Source: Nageia nagi (Eukaryota; Plantae; Pinophyta). Taken from it: a DNA stretch of 64,000 nucleotides. Shown one piece after another: positions 1-13,813 of this stretch (position 1 is its first letter; each line of letters begins with the position of its first letter). Position numbers and translations under genes: made by a program. The notes beneath the pieces are model-generated. The model had not been told where the DNA came from. It saw only the letters and a list, made by a program, of their open reading frames with translations, and did not search any database. The DNA is taken from the NCBI GenBank assembly GCA_050084985.1, contig JBITNC010000001.1, positions 148,366,001 through 148,430,000 of the forward strand, given 5' to 3'.

Positions 1-198
1 TAGAAACTATCTTTTTGTAATAATTATGATAGAAAAATATTTTGTCTTTACTATTATTCCTATAATAGTAATTGTTAGATAATTGTAAATACAAATAATT
101 TGTACCGATGATGTGATTACCAAAAAAATTTCTACGATGTATGTACAATTATATTTTTATAATATACCTGATATTTTTCAATATATTTCGTTTTCACA

Positions 199-1253
199 AT
201 GATTGAATTAACAATAGATGGAATTAGATGTATACTTTCAGGCATCTATGCCATTGAACCACTTTTACAAATTACATGTATAAAGTCTATAAAACAATCT
301 TCTTCAACAACCATGAAATATTGGATAAACCTGTCAAATGATTTGCATTCCCACTTAGCTTTGCTTCGTGCTGAATATAATATTTTTGTTATCAAAGATC
401 CTTTGAAGGAAGGAAGTGTTGTTCATCTACAAGAATACACTTCCAAAAAATACACAACTTCACGTATGTTCATATTCTCCTAAATTTTGAATTTAATACT
501 TATTAAGTAATTTGCAATTACATCGATAACCATTAATTTCATTTATTTGTAGGGTTATTGTAATTAGCCACCTAGAAATAGTTGCAAATAGCTCCCCACT
601 TTTTGGAGCTCCAACTCCTCTCCTTTAAACAACAAATTACATTCCATAAAATAGCTCTAAAAGCCCTTTAGATTCATCATAGTGTAACATCATTTCATCT
701 CACGGAGAAAATAACTACATCCAACAATAAAATGAACCCACTTTGGAATCAATTCCCATTAAAATATTGACATCATATCATAGGGATTGGTCCATTGAGG
801 GTAGAGCTTTAGCCAAAAAAATCATGTGTGAATACATAATTCTAATGGTAAAGTAAAGATTTTTGGGTTTGATATCATGGACAAGGAGGGTTCAGAAATA
901 CATGTCACCTGTTGTAATGCAGTTACTGAGAACTTATACAATATTATTCACATAAATTCCATTTAAATTATCTCTAATTCTCGCATTGAAGAAGTTAAAA
1001 AATAATACAGTACTTCCATACATCCTTATCAAATAATTCTCATGATGTCTTCAACTGTAACTCCTTCGAATTGTCTTGAATCTATAATACTAACAAAAGT
1101 GTCACATATAAAAAGCATAGACTCATTGATGTATTACCTTGAAAATTCCCTTGTTTATGTCATTGGTGTACTTGGTTTCATTTTTGGTGCATCAACTTTG
1201 CATAAGAAAAATAGTATAGAAACAAATAAATACATTGTAAAATCATGGATGTT
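199..1253 (+). pseudogene. RPA1: RPA70/RPA1-like ssDNA-binding protein pseudogene, part 1 (N-terminal OB fold, DBD-A, start of DBD-B)
   Basis: ORF 199-483 resembles RPA70N (ELTIDGI..EPLLQI..YWINLSN..GSVVHLQEY). A GT..AG intron lies at 464-552, followed by VIVISHLEIV. About 752-1060 reads IPIKILTSYHRDWSIEGR..KVKIFGFDIMDKEGSEIHVTCCNAV..LYNII (DBD-A), then SLVYVIGVL..STLHKKN (DBD-B). Several stops and frameshifts. Confidence 0.8.
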
Positions 1254-3669
1254 TGTAATGCTACTTCCATTTTTTCAACTTCTCAAAACCCTAAAATTTC
1301 ATACTTATTTTTTTGTTTCATTTAAATAATCGAATGGTCTAGGAATGGACAAGGTGATCCACATGAGCATATTAATATTGCTAGATAGTCAGCACTCACA
1401 TGACAAGATTGGTTAAATCCAAATTAACTAACCTTGATTAGAATCCTTCAGGTGTTTACTTCTCAATGCTCATCCTATTGGAAGATTCCATACAAGTGAT
1501 CTCACCATTTTTATTCACAAATTGTGCAATAGATAGGGTCCATATCACCTAAGAGAATACTCATCCATAAGGTTATACATCTTTTCTAATATAACCCTTT
1601 GATTCATAGGTGTAGATAGATTATCCTAGGCAATCTTCCATATGAAATAAGTGAGCATCATCACCTATGGAAAAATCATCATACTACTATTTTTCAAACT
1701 GTAAGTAGTATGACTAATAGTTATCTTCTCTCAATAACTACAATTTTATCAACTATTATCCTCATTTAACATTCATCGAGGATATGAGATACTAGCCTAC
1801 CCATATCTATCAGCTAGGATCACCATGAAGTTTGACATCCTCGTTCCCATATCTTGGGGATCCATGGGTATTGAAATAATACCCTCGAGTGGTTTGTATA
1901 GTCTAATAAATTTGTAAGTAAGAAAAACCATCCCCTATCCAATATTCCTAGAAATAATTGATCTTAGATCAATTATTAGGTTTTCTAGGTTTCATGCTTG
2001 AATCAAGCATTAGCATGATTCCTCTAATCTAATTTATTGCAAATAAACCATGTTTTACATTAATATTTGATAAACAAGAATAATAAATGCATCAAAAGTG
2101 CACAAGAAGTTTCAAAATAAGCTTTTTCACAAAGTCACTAAAGAATATTCAATAGTACTCTACTATAAGTATCCTATATGCATGATGTGGCATAAGGAAT
2201 ATTACTTTAAAAGTACTTCACATTCCAAAGATCAAGAAGATTTGAGATATCGCTAAAGACAACTTATAATAAGGAAGTGTTGCATAGAGTATTTCATACT
2301 CAAGGAATATTATTTTGGCATGTCATTTAGAGAACTTACAATAACAAATACAATTGTCCCTATCGTTAGCCAATCCATAATTTCTTATCTTGTTTTGTTG
2401 TAGTCTTCTTGATCAACTTTAGTATAGAATCAAAGTTTATATTACCTTTTCATTTATCTTCTAGGATTTTAGCACTTGATTTAAGTTTTCCTAAAAGGTC
2501 ATATGAAAACCCTGACTTTGTCATTCTAGTTACATTAATTCAAAGTAATCATTTAAACACTTCCAAGGGTGTGTATTTACTCAACACCATCTTTTATTTA
2601 AGGTTTATTATTATTAGGAATCATTCATCTATCCCATACCTTTTATCGATTATTTCTATGAATGTACCCAATTTGATGTCTGACCTATACATGTGTTACA
2701 ATTAGGTTCCTCATCCCATTGTAATCATATTAAATTATGTAATATTTACTATGTGTTATCATGCAACAATCTTCATTATAGGCATATGAGAGATCTTGTC
2801 CCATTATTTAACTAAGTTTTTAAAATATCATTTATAGTTGGATAAATCATTTGAAATATTTGAAAAAATCAAACTTAATTTTGGATTATCACCAATAAGT
2901 TACTTACGAGCACTAGGTTATCTTCTTAATACCTAGATTAATATTTAATTACATCAATATGTAATGACATAATTCCATACCTTGAGTTGTTACATGATGA
3001 TAATAATGTAAAAGGAGTTAGGAAAACCCTATTTGTAAATCACAATGTATGAGACATTTATTTACATGAGGGTTCCCTTGTAATTGTCAAATAGTATTTA
3101 CATCATAATCATGTTAATATTTAGCCTATGAGGTCTTTAATACGTCTTCATCCTCATGATGTAGTTGATTATTATCTTCACCTTTCATGCTCCTCCAAGG
3201 ATCCAAGGTTTATTGGAGATGGGTACTAAGAAAGGCTTTTGAGTATCGAGGATCAGGATAGTCCTTTATCTTGGCCAAAATACATATGACTATAAATGCA
3301 TTATAATTCATTCTAACAAATTAAATACCCTATTTATGGGCCTTAGGAGGTTTTATGTTTCCTATAGAACTACCTCCCCTCCTTGGTCTTAGGGTAATAT
3401 TTTGCAACTTAGTCATTATTCAACAATTTTGATAATAACACTTCATAGTTTAAACACTAATCAATTTGACATACTTTTCCTTCAAAAAGTATTAATATTT
3501 AATAAACCATTTTCATACCATCATATAACTTCATCTAATCATAAATTTTGAATTAAACATAAAGGTAATTTTTTTCATATTATTTTAAAATCCTCATTTA
3601 ATTAACTCTTAAGTAAACCCTTTTTTAAATAAATAAAATATGTTCAAAATCAATACAATACAAAAAGGG

Positions 3670-5045
3670 TTACTAATTGTTTGTCAAAATGCCTCACCAA
3701 AGCATAGTCTTACACCTATTGAATGACCCTATGGATTGTTTGACCCAAGGCCTCATTGGTATGCTCAAATGCATTATCATAACACAAGATATACATCACA
3801 TATCTATAAAAAATGGTTCTATAAATTATGGAATCTTATTGATTCCAATAAAATTATCTTAGGTTTGTACTAATGGATACAATTGGAGATCCTATGATCT
3901 GTATGACAACAAATTTTAGCATAGTGTAGCCTCATGGACCATAATGGTAGTAGGGTATGTTGGAAGGGTTTCGAATTGGTTGATAATATACCTCATCAAA
4001 ATACATTCTCATGAATCATAAAGGTTTGTGAATTGTTTGACAAAATACTTCATCAAATGTAATCTCTTAAATTGTAATGATTGCTAGGTGTGTTCAAAAT
4101 GGATATGTTGGAGGCCAACGAAGATTGCCTCAACAAAATACAATCTTATGGGTTTCAATGATTGTGTGGTATACATAGAATAGGAATGTAGGAGTACCTT
4201 TGAATTATTTATCAAAATATCACATTGAATTATAGAATACATGCAAAAACATATGCATTTGAAGAGCCTTTGATTTGTTTGATAGAGTACATTACCATAA
4301 TTTCATTTTAAGGATCATAATGATTAGATATACATAAATGGATAAGTTGGGAGGGTGTTCTAAGATTATTTTTCCAAAATACCTCATCAAAATGCTATCT
4401 TAGGGGCCACAGACATACACATAATGGATATAAGGTAAAGATTTATGGATTGTTGTAGAAAATACTTCTTTGAAATGCAGAATATGTGTAATACAATCAC
4501 ATTAGAAGGGACTAAGGAGTGTTTAGTAAAATACCTCATCAAAATGTGATCTCATGGGCATAATGGATGCAAAAAAAGCATAGGACATATACATTGTAAG
4601 AGCCTACAAATCATTAAACAAAATGCCTCATTGATGCATAGTTTCATGGATGTAATGGATGTACAAAAAAAAATATTGTAAGATTCTACGAATCATTATA
4701 CAAAATTCCTCATTGAGGTGTAGTTTTATGGGTTTCATGAACACAAAATAATACTTCATAAGAGCTTGTGATTTATTAGACAAAATGCTTCACAGGAACA
4801 TAGACTTATGGGTGCAATGGATGCACCAATAAATGCATTGAAAGACCTGTAAATTGATAAATAAAATAACTCATTAGAACAAAGGCTCATTGGAATAATG
4901 AAGTAGGGTATGCACAAGATGGATACTCTATAAGGGTCTAGGATTGGTTTGAAAAAATTCCTTATCGAAAAGAAATCTTAGGGACCATAATGACCACAAA
5001 ATAAGATTGATACATAAAAAGGGTCTATGAATTATTTTACAAGCA
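3670..5045 (+). repeat. Array of degenerate PPR (PLS-class, S-type) motif-coding repeats inside the LTR
   Basis: The motif ttgtttgacaaaatgcctcatcaaaatg..tcatgg recurs. Conceptual translations include LFVKMPHQSIV, SVASWTIMVVGYV, ELFDKILHQ..VMIARCVQNGYV and VGYAQDGYSIRV*DWFEKIPYRKEI..RVYELFYK. Confidence 0.75.
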
Positions 5046-5527
5046 CCACTTCCAAGTAGTATTTGACCATGGTAAGGTTCAAATTTCAAGGTGGGTATCA
5101 AAATATGACCCAATACAATTTGTTTATTTTTATTTCAAGTACTATGTTCAAAATAAGTTCACATGAGATTTCAAGACTATGAATTTAATTTGTCCCATCC
5201 TTTATTTGCATATATGTATGGGCAAGGTGTACAAACATTCACATGCAAGGGTATCAAATAATTACTAATGATATACTTTCCCAAGGTAAAATTGATATAA
5301 AACTACAAACAAATCTATTAGTATTATAACAAACTCTTAAACAAACATATCCTCCTAAAAACAAATATCTAATAAAGTTTAAAACTTAGCTAAGCATCTT
5401 AGCACTAATATCTAAAATGCTAGAAAGAGCACTTGGACTTAAGAGGATGAATATTCTTCTCTTCACGTCCTACTAGATCAAGCTTGGGAGAAAAGGAAAA
5501 GTATTTTTCAATGGTCACTCACCTAGG

Positions 5528-5535
5528 TATTTATA
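5528..5535 (-). promoter_or_regulatory. Candidate LTR TATA box (TATAAATA on minus strand)
   Basis: Plus-strand tatttata lies ~840 bp from the LTR start in element orientation, followed by a pyrimidine-rich leader-like tract. It is mutated in the other LTR copy (~12843). Confidence 0.45.
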
Positions 5536-6459
5536 ATCAAAATTTGGTATAGTCCCTCCAAAAGTGGGACTATTTGTCCCTTCACATATTTTTATTCATG
5601 AGGGATAGGGGTTTTATATTTTTTTATTTATAAGTGTAATGTCTTACCAATAATTTGTACTAACATTAGACTCTAAAGTGTAAGAAAATAATTGCACACA
5701 CTTAACACAAAAAATCAAAATGTATGGGGGAGATTCCTCTATTATTTTGCAAAACACCAAAATAGCCTTGCAACTTCCACAAAATAACAAATAATCCTTT
5801 AACCACAAATTTTTATTTTCACCTAAATTTATTATTTGTAAAATTTAAAATTCTTTGGTGAAAATTCAAATTCAAATAGTTGGAATATTCCTTGCAACAT
5901 TCAAAAATAGTTAATTAATTTCCTAAGAAAATTCTTGAATGCATATCATATTTTAACACACATGTTTACCTACGGAGACCACCTATCCTATAAGGTAAAT
6001 TTTGTTAGTGCATAAACACTTATGAGCACATAAATCAAACTTCATGCATAATAATTATGATATGCAGCTATATGATCTATGAAGTTCCTTATGGTTGTCA
6101 GCAAATCAATGTCAATCATTTCTTCACTCTTACCAATTTGTTCTCGTAAACTCATTCTTGGTTTCTTGGGGTCTTCAATCTGACTCTCATACTGAGTCAA
6201 CCTGTATTCCAATTCTTGGGAGACCCCTAAAGTTCTTGAAGCTAACATCAAGTTGACACAAATATTACATATAACGAATCCTAATTAAACATCTCATAAC
6301 ACAAATAGTCTCAATCATATTCAATTTCTTGATAGCCTTTGATTCTTAATAAGTGCAATTAGGTTGGTCATTACATACTACCCCCATTAAAAAGAACACA
6401 ATTCCATGTGTTCTTAAATTCAAACCATGAAGTTTAATATTGTTTTACATAATCATTTA

Positions 6460-9400
6460 AAAAAATAAGGAAATTATTTTCTCATGATAGATTCATCTTC
6501 CCAAGTAGAAGATGATTCAAAATACATGTCCCATTGAACTAAAAATTAATTAATCTTTTGGCTTCTAAACTTTCTAGTCCTAAAAGCTAGGATTTTAATA
6601 GGGAGAATTTCAATAGCTTGAGGGTTTGATATTTGCAAGTTAGAAAAATCAAACACATGAGAAGGGTTAATAACATACTTTCTCAATAATGAGATATGAA
6701 GGATATCATGCATTTTTGACAAACTTGGTTGCAAAGCAAGTTTGTAGGCAACTAGACTCTTTTTCTCAATTATTTCAAAAGGACCAACAAACTAGGTATC
6801 CAATTTGGTATATGTTATGGAATGCTTCATGGGTCAAACTTGTAGGAATACTTTTTTTCCAACAATAAATTCTCAAGGATTTATCTTAAGGTCAGCATAA
6901 CTCTTTTATCGATTGATAGCTTCCTTAAGCTTTCATTTTATGGACTTAAGTTGCTCCTCCGTTTGTTTTAACATTTCGGGTTGGATCATCACCTAATCCA
7001 CTTGATTATTCCAATATAAAGGAGTTTTGTATCTTCTTTCATAAAGACATTCAAAGGGGGCCATTCCCGAATATGAATGGTATCCATTATTATAGGCAAA
7101 CTCAGCTAAATAGAGGAAGTCCTCCCATTTATTCTTTTATTCCATGCAATACATTATGAGCATATCCTCTAGAACTCTATTCACATGTTCAATTTTTCCA
7201 TCAATTTATAGATGATATGTTGAACTCATGTTCAATTTTGTTCTTAGTACCTTGCGTAATAATTTTCAAAATACGAAGGTGAAGTTTGAGTCCCTATATG
7301 AAATGATCACCTTCAAAAATCCATGCAATCTAAAACTTTTATGGGAAAACTTATTTTCCATTATGGAGGCATCATCAATGGTATTATCAGGTATAAAATG
7401 TGCTACCTTGGTCAATCTATCAACTACTACTAAAATTGAGTCATGATGGAACTTGCTTTTTGGCAAACCAATAATAAAATGGATCAAAATTACTTGTTAT
7501 TTTTGCATGGGAACATAATGTGGATACAAATATCCTGCTAGATGCTAATGTTTTGCCTTTACCTTATGATGTTCAAGACATCTATCCATAAATTCTATTA
7601 TATCTCTTTTTATACCATCCCAATAAATTTTTTATTTAGGTCCTCTCTCATTTTTGTACCTCCAAGGTGTGCTGCATAAGGGGGATGATGGGCTTCTTGC
7701 ATGATCAAACTCCTTAACTCACCCTTCTCTAGAATTATTAATCTATCCTTAAAGTAAAGGACTCCATCTTTTTCAACAAAATCTTAGGATGATGGGGCAC
7801 TCTTCCCTATCAATTCCCAAATAGATTTACAATATGGGTCTTCAAGTGCTGCAAAACCTTCACTTGATCAAATAAGTCAAATTCATTTCTTATTATGGCA
7901 TTGACATGTCATCTATGACTTAGCATGTTTGCTACCTTATTCTTTTCCCCTTTAATGTATTCAATGCCAAATTTATACTTAGCTAATAAGTCCATCTATC
8001 AACTTTTCTTGGCATTTAAATCTAGTTGAGTGAACAAATACTTCAAACTTTGATGATGTATTTCAAGTTTGAAGAGTTTTCCCATAAGATAGTGTCTCCA
8101 CATCTTAAGTGCATGGATTATAGTTTCCAACTTAAGATTATGAATTGCATAATTTATCTCATAATTTCATAATTTCTTGGATTCATATGCTACAAGTTTT
8201 CCAACTTGTGATAAAACACCATCCAAACCTTCCAGTGAAGCATCTATGCATACTAAAAAATCACCATGTGGGTCATGGATGGTAAGAACAAGTGTTGTAG
8301 TAAGCCTTTCCTTCATGGTTGCAAAAGCTTTCTCATATTTTTCTATCCACTTGAACACCTTATTCTTTAACTGAAGGTTAGTGATGGGATTGGCTATTTT
8401 TGAGAAATCCTTAATAAATATTTGATAATATCTAGTTAACCTCATAAAACTTCTTACCTCAATCACATTTTTTGATGCATTTCAACTCATTATTGCTTCC
8501 ATTTTCTTAGGATTAGCTGAGATTCCATCTGCAGAAATGATATGGCCTAGATACTGACTTTGTGAGACATAAAATTCATATTTTGGTAATTTTTCATACA
8601 ATTGATTTCTCTTCAACACTTCTAGAGCTAATATCAGATGATGGTTATGCTCCTCCTCATTTATTGAATATATGAGGATGTCATCAAAAAATATGAACAT
8701 AAACTTATTGAGGTATTCTCGATACACACTATTCATCAAATTCATGAAAGATGTAAGGGAATTAGTTAAATCAAAAGTTAATACCACAAACTCATAGTGC
8801 CCATACCTAGTTTTGAAAGTCATTTTATGAGTATATAAACTCTTGATCCTTAATTGGTGGTATCCCAATCTTAAATCTATCTTTGAGAAGATAATAGCAT
8901 CCTTAAGCTGATCAAATAAATCATCAATCCTAGACAATGGATACCTATTTTTTATGGTGAATTTATTTAGCATCCTATAATCAATGTAAAACCTTAGGGT
9001 ACCATATTTATTCTTTAGAAATAATACTAGAGCATCCCATGGTGATACACTAGGTTTTATCAATTCTTTTTCTAAGAGATCTTATAATTGTACCTTTAGC
9101 TATTACATCTCAATAGTGTTCATTCTATAGGGAGTTTTAGAGAAAGGCTTTGCTCTAGGTACTAGGTTTATCAAGAAATCAAATTCTTATTGTTGGGGTA
9201 ATACTTGTAGGTCCTTAGGGAATACATATTTGTATTCTTTTAATAAAGGGTACTTATTTAGTAGTTCTACATCTTTATCATTTTTCTAACCTCCTTAACT
9301 TTGACTACATATAGAATCCCCCTTTTGCTTATGCTTCTTTTAACTTGCATGGTTGTGATCAAGTAAGGCTCAAAAGTTCCTTGATTATTATAAATTCTAT

Positions 9401-10200
9401 ATCAATTTTGAAACACATCAGTGTATTCTACCCATCTTTATTGAAATTCAATTAAGGCTTTATGAGCCATTATCCAATCCATGCCCAAAATGATATTATA
9501 AGAGGCTAAAGGAACCACATACAAATCCCAAATGATATATCCCTTGGGTAATTCTATTTCAACATCCCTAAAACACTATCTAATAGGATACTTTTATCCA
9601 AACCCAAAATACACTTTGCATCCATTTGTCAAAAATTATGGTGCCTTAGACATATCTTTAACTAAGGAATTTGAGATAAAACTATCTGTAACACCAAAAT
9701 ATATCAAATATATAAAATATTTATTATAAAATTTACAAGGAATTTGAAAAAGATTGACTTATCCTTTGGCCTATGCTAATCTAGTAGCTACAAAAATATG
9801 TTGCTCTTTGGACTAATTTGCCTTCAAAAGATACTAATTTGCATAGTGAGCTCCATCATAGTTCCAACATACATCTTTAGGATCCTTTTTCTATTCTAGA
9901 AACTTATTCTTAGTTACATTCTGATTAGTCCTTTTATTTGAAAATCCTTGGCTATGGTTCCTAAAACCTTGGCTTCCATTCCCAGGATTATAGTTTTGTT
10001 TATAGAATTGTTGATTTTTCCTTTGAAAATTCTTCTTGTTATTTTTGTTTCCAAATGGCCTTTTATCAAATTTGGGTGGATTTACATCTTTATAGCCATG
10101 ACTATTATCCTTTATCTTCTTATTACTTAGCTATTATGCTTGATGTTCTGCACTTTTGCTCTTTTAGTAAATTTCCTTATCTTTTTCATCTTTATAACCA
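6460..10200 (-). pseudogene. Decayed Gypsy gag(3' end)-pol: zinc knuckle, protease, RT, RNase H, integrase, chromodomain
   Basis: ORF-track fragments 8482-9063, 8167-8466, 7266-7487 (DSILVVVDRLTKVAHFIP) and 6546-6734 carry canonical Gypsy motifs. Many stops. Confidence 0.88.
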
Positions 10201-10204
10201 TGAT

Positions 10205-13200
10205 TATTATCACAAATAAGTTACTTAAGAATACTAGGTTATCTTCTTGATTCCTATATTAATATTTAATTACATAAATATGTAATGGTGTCATTCCATA
10301 CCTTAATTTGTTACATGATGATAATAATCTACAAGGAGTTAGGGTAACCCTATTTGTACATTACAATGTATGATACATTTATTTACATAATGATTCCCTT
10401 ACAATTGTCAAAGAGTATTTACATTATATTCATATCAAGATTTGGCCTATGAGGTCTTTAATACATCTTCTCCCTCATGGTGTAGTTGATTTCCATCTTC
10501 ACCTTTCATGCTTCTCCAAGAATCCAAGGTTCATCAGAGATGGGTACTAAAAAAGGCTTTTGAGTATCGAGGATCAAGATATTCCTTTATCTTGATCAAA
10601 ATGCATATTACTCTAAATGCATTATAATTCATTCCAACAAATTAAATACCCTATTTATGGGCCTTAGGAGGTTTTATGTTCCCTCTAGAACTACCTCCCT
10701 TCCTTGGTCTTAGGGTAATATTTTGCAACTTAGTCATAATTCAACAATTTTGAGAATAACACTTCATAGTTTAAACACTAATCAATCTAACATAATTTTC
10801 CTTCAAAAAGTATTAATATTTAATGAACCATTTTCATACCATCATACAACTTCATCCACTCATATACTTTGAACTAAAGTTAGAGGTAATTTTTTCATAT
10901 TATTTTAAAACCCTCATTTAATCAACTCTTAACTAAACCCTTTTTTAAATAAATAAAATATGTTCAAAATCAATACAATACAAAAAGGGTTACTAATTGT
11001 TTGTCAAAATGCCTCACCAAATCATAATCTTACACCTATTGAATGACCCTATGGATTGTTTGACCTAAGGCCTCATTGGTATGCTCAAACACATTATCAT
11101 AACACATGCTATACACCACATATATATAATAGATGGTTCTATAAAATATGGAATCTCATCGATTCCAATAAAATGGTCTCAAGTGTGTACCAATGGATAC
11201 ATTTAGAGAGCCTATGATCTGTATTACAAATGGTCCATCATAGCGTAGCCTTGTGGACCATAATGGTCATAAGGTGTGTTGGAAGGGTTGTGAATTGGTT
11301 GACAATATTCCTCATTAAAATACATTCTCATGAATTGTAAGGGTCTCTAAATTGTTTGATGAAATGCTTCATCAAATTCATCTCTTGGATTGCAATGATC
11401 GCTAGGTGTATTCAGAACGGATATGTTGGAGGCCAACAAAGATTGCCTTAATAAAATGCAATCTTATGGTTTGGAATGATTGCATGATATACATAGAACA
11501 AGTACGTAGGAGGGACCTTTGAATTTTTTATCAAAATGCCACATCAAATTGCATAATACACACAAAAATAGATGCATTTGAAGAGCCTTCAATTTGTTTA
11601 ATAGAGTACATTATCATAATATTGTCTTAAGGTTAGTAATGATTAGATATACATAAATGGATAAGTTGGGATGGGGTTTGATGATTCTTTTTACAAATTA
11701 CCTCATTGAAATGCTACCTCAGGTGTCTCATACATACACATAATGGATGTAAGGTAAAAATTTGTAGATTGTTATAAAAAACATTTCTTCAATATGCAAA
11801 ATATGCACAACACAATCACATTGGAAGGGCCTAAGGAGTGTTTAGTAAAATGCCTCATCAAAATGTAATCTCATGGGCATAATGGATGAGGAAAAAGCAT
11901 AGGAAATATAAATTGTAAGAGCCTACAAATTGTTAAATGAATGCCTCATTGGTACATAGTTTCATAGATGTAATGGATGCATAAAACAAAACATTGTACG
12001 AGCCTACAAATTGTTAGACAAATTTCCACATTAAGTTGTAGTTTTATGGGTGTCATGAACACAAAATAATAATTTATAATAGCCTATGATATATTAGATA
12101 AAATGCTTCACATAAATTTATATTTATGGGTGCAATGGATGCACCAATAGATGCATTCGAAGGCCTTTAAATTGATAGATGAAATAATTCATTGGAATGT
12201 AGTCTAATAGGTATAATGAAGTAGGATATGCATAGGATGGATACTCTATAAGGGTCTACAATTGGTTTGAAAAAATGCCTTATCAAAAGGCAATCTTAGG
12301 GACCACAATGATCATGGAATAAGACTAATATATAATAAGGGTCTATGAATTATTTTAGAATAATATCTTCCAAGTAGTATTTGACCATGGTAAGGTTCAA
12401 ATTTCAAGGTGGGTATCAAAATATGACCCAATACAATTTGCTTATTTTTCTTTTAAGTACTATGTTCAAAATTATTTCACATGAACTCTCAAGACTATGG
12501 ATTTAATTTATCCCATCCTTTCTTTGCATACATGTATGGATAAGGTGTACAAACATTCACATTCAAGGGTATCAAATAATTACTAATAATATACTTTATC
12601 AAGGTAAAATTAATGTAAAACTACAAACAAATATATTAGTATTATAACAAACTCTTAAACAAACATATCCTCCTTAAAAAAAATCTAATGAAGTTCAAAA
12701 CTTGGCTAAGCATCTTAGCACTAATATCTAAAATACTAGAAAGAGCACCTAGACTTAAGAGGAGGAAGATTCTTCCCTTCACATCCTACTAGACCAAGCT
12801 TAGGAGAAAAGGAGAAGTATTTGCCATGGTCACTCACCTAGGTATTTACTATCAAAGTTTGGTATAGTCTCTCCAAAAATGGGATGATTTGTTCCATTCA
12901 CATGTTTTTATTCGTGAGGGGTAGGGGTTTTATATTTTTTGTTTGTAAGTTTAATGTCTTAACAATAATTTGTACACCTAATAGTAGACTCCAAAGTGTA
13001 TGGAAATAAATGCACATACCTAACACATAAAATCAAAATGTATGGGGGAGATTCCTCTATTATTTTGCAAAATACCAAAATAGCCTTACAACTTCCACAA
13101 AATAACAAATAATAATTTAACCCTAAATTTGTATTTTCACCTAAATTTATTATTTGTAAAAACTAAAATTATTTAATGAAAATTCAAATTCAAATATTTG

Positions 13201-13684
13201 AAATATTCCTTGCCACATTTGAAAATAGTTAATTAATTTCCTAAGAAAATTCTTGAATGCATATCATATTTTAATACACATGTTTACCTGTGGAGACCAC
13301 CCATCCTACAAGGTAAATTTTACTAGTGCACACACACTTTTAAGAACAAAATTCAAACATCATGCATAATAATTTTGATATGCAGCTACATGATCTATGA
13401 ATGTCCTTATGGCTATCAACGAATAAACACTAATCATTTCCTCACTCTTACCAATCAGTTCTCGTAATCAACTCATCCTTCATTCCCTAAGATCTTCAAT
13501 CTAACTCCCACACTCAATCAACCTGTAACCTGTATCACAAAAGTCTTGAATTCAACATCAAGTTGACACAAATATTGAATATAACTAGTCATAATTAGAC
13601 ATCTCATAACAAATAATCTCAATCACATTATATTTCTCAATAGCATTTCAAGTCTTAATAAGTGCAATTATGCAAGTCATTACA
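10205..13684 (-). repeat. Truncated 5' LTR (~3.5 kb) of the Tekay-like element
   Basis: Colinear, diverged copy of ~2885-6375 ending in CATTACA. The part equivalent to 1254-2885, the PBS and most of gag are absent. Confidence 0.85.
10990..12362 (+). repeat. Second copy of the degenerate PPR-motif array (in the 5' LTR)
   Basis: Translates e.g. LFDEMLHQ..ISWIAMIARCIQNGYVGG..LP**NAILWFGMIA*YT*NKYVGGTFEFFIKMPHQ. Most stops sit at positions expected for CAA/CAG (Gln). Confidence 0.75.
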
Positions 13685-13689
13685 ATATT

Positions 13690-13813
13690 TTAAGTTTTAC
13701 TATTGATGTTACATTATAGGGTGAACATTATGAGATATAAGGTAAACACCTTTTAGATATGCTTCAACAGCCAAATCCTCCAATTGTTCTAATCAAATTT
13801 GGACATTTTACCA
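13690..13813 (+). pseudogene. RPA1: RPA70-like pseudogene, part 2 (DBD-B middle), sandwiched between two LTR elements
   Basis: LSFTIDVTL*GEHYEI*GKHLLDMLQQPNPPIVLIKFGHFT continues in frame from ..IMDV at 1253 and resembles DBD-B (VEVTMWG..EGQKL..PVLALK). Confidence 0.75.

Larger units (their letters stand above)
1254..6375 (-). repeat. 3' LTR (~5.1 kb) of the Tekay-like element
   Basis: Bounded by TGTAATG...CATTACA. Preceded on the minus strand by a PPT (plus strand tactacccccattaaaaag from 6376). About 2885-6375 is directly repeated at ~10205-13684. Confidence 0.8.
1254..13684 (-). mobile_element. Ty3/Gypsy chromovirus (Tekay/Del-like) LTR retrotransposon, degenerate, with internal deletion
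   Basis: Termini TGTAATG (1254) and CATTACA (13684). Imperfect 5-bp TSD ATGTT (1249-1253) / ATATT (13685-13689). Minus-strand RT (8482-9063, FFDDILIYS), RNase H (8167-8466), integrase (~6780-7700, with GPF motif) and chromodomain-like tail (~6470-6620, LVQW..STWEDE). PPT just right of 6375. Confidence 0.9.

Noticed and set aside
3670-5045. Repeat array as a CRISPR-like locus
   Set aside because: Units are degenerate and variable in length, there are no unique spacers or cas genes, the context is eukaryotic, and PPR-motif translation explains the pattern.
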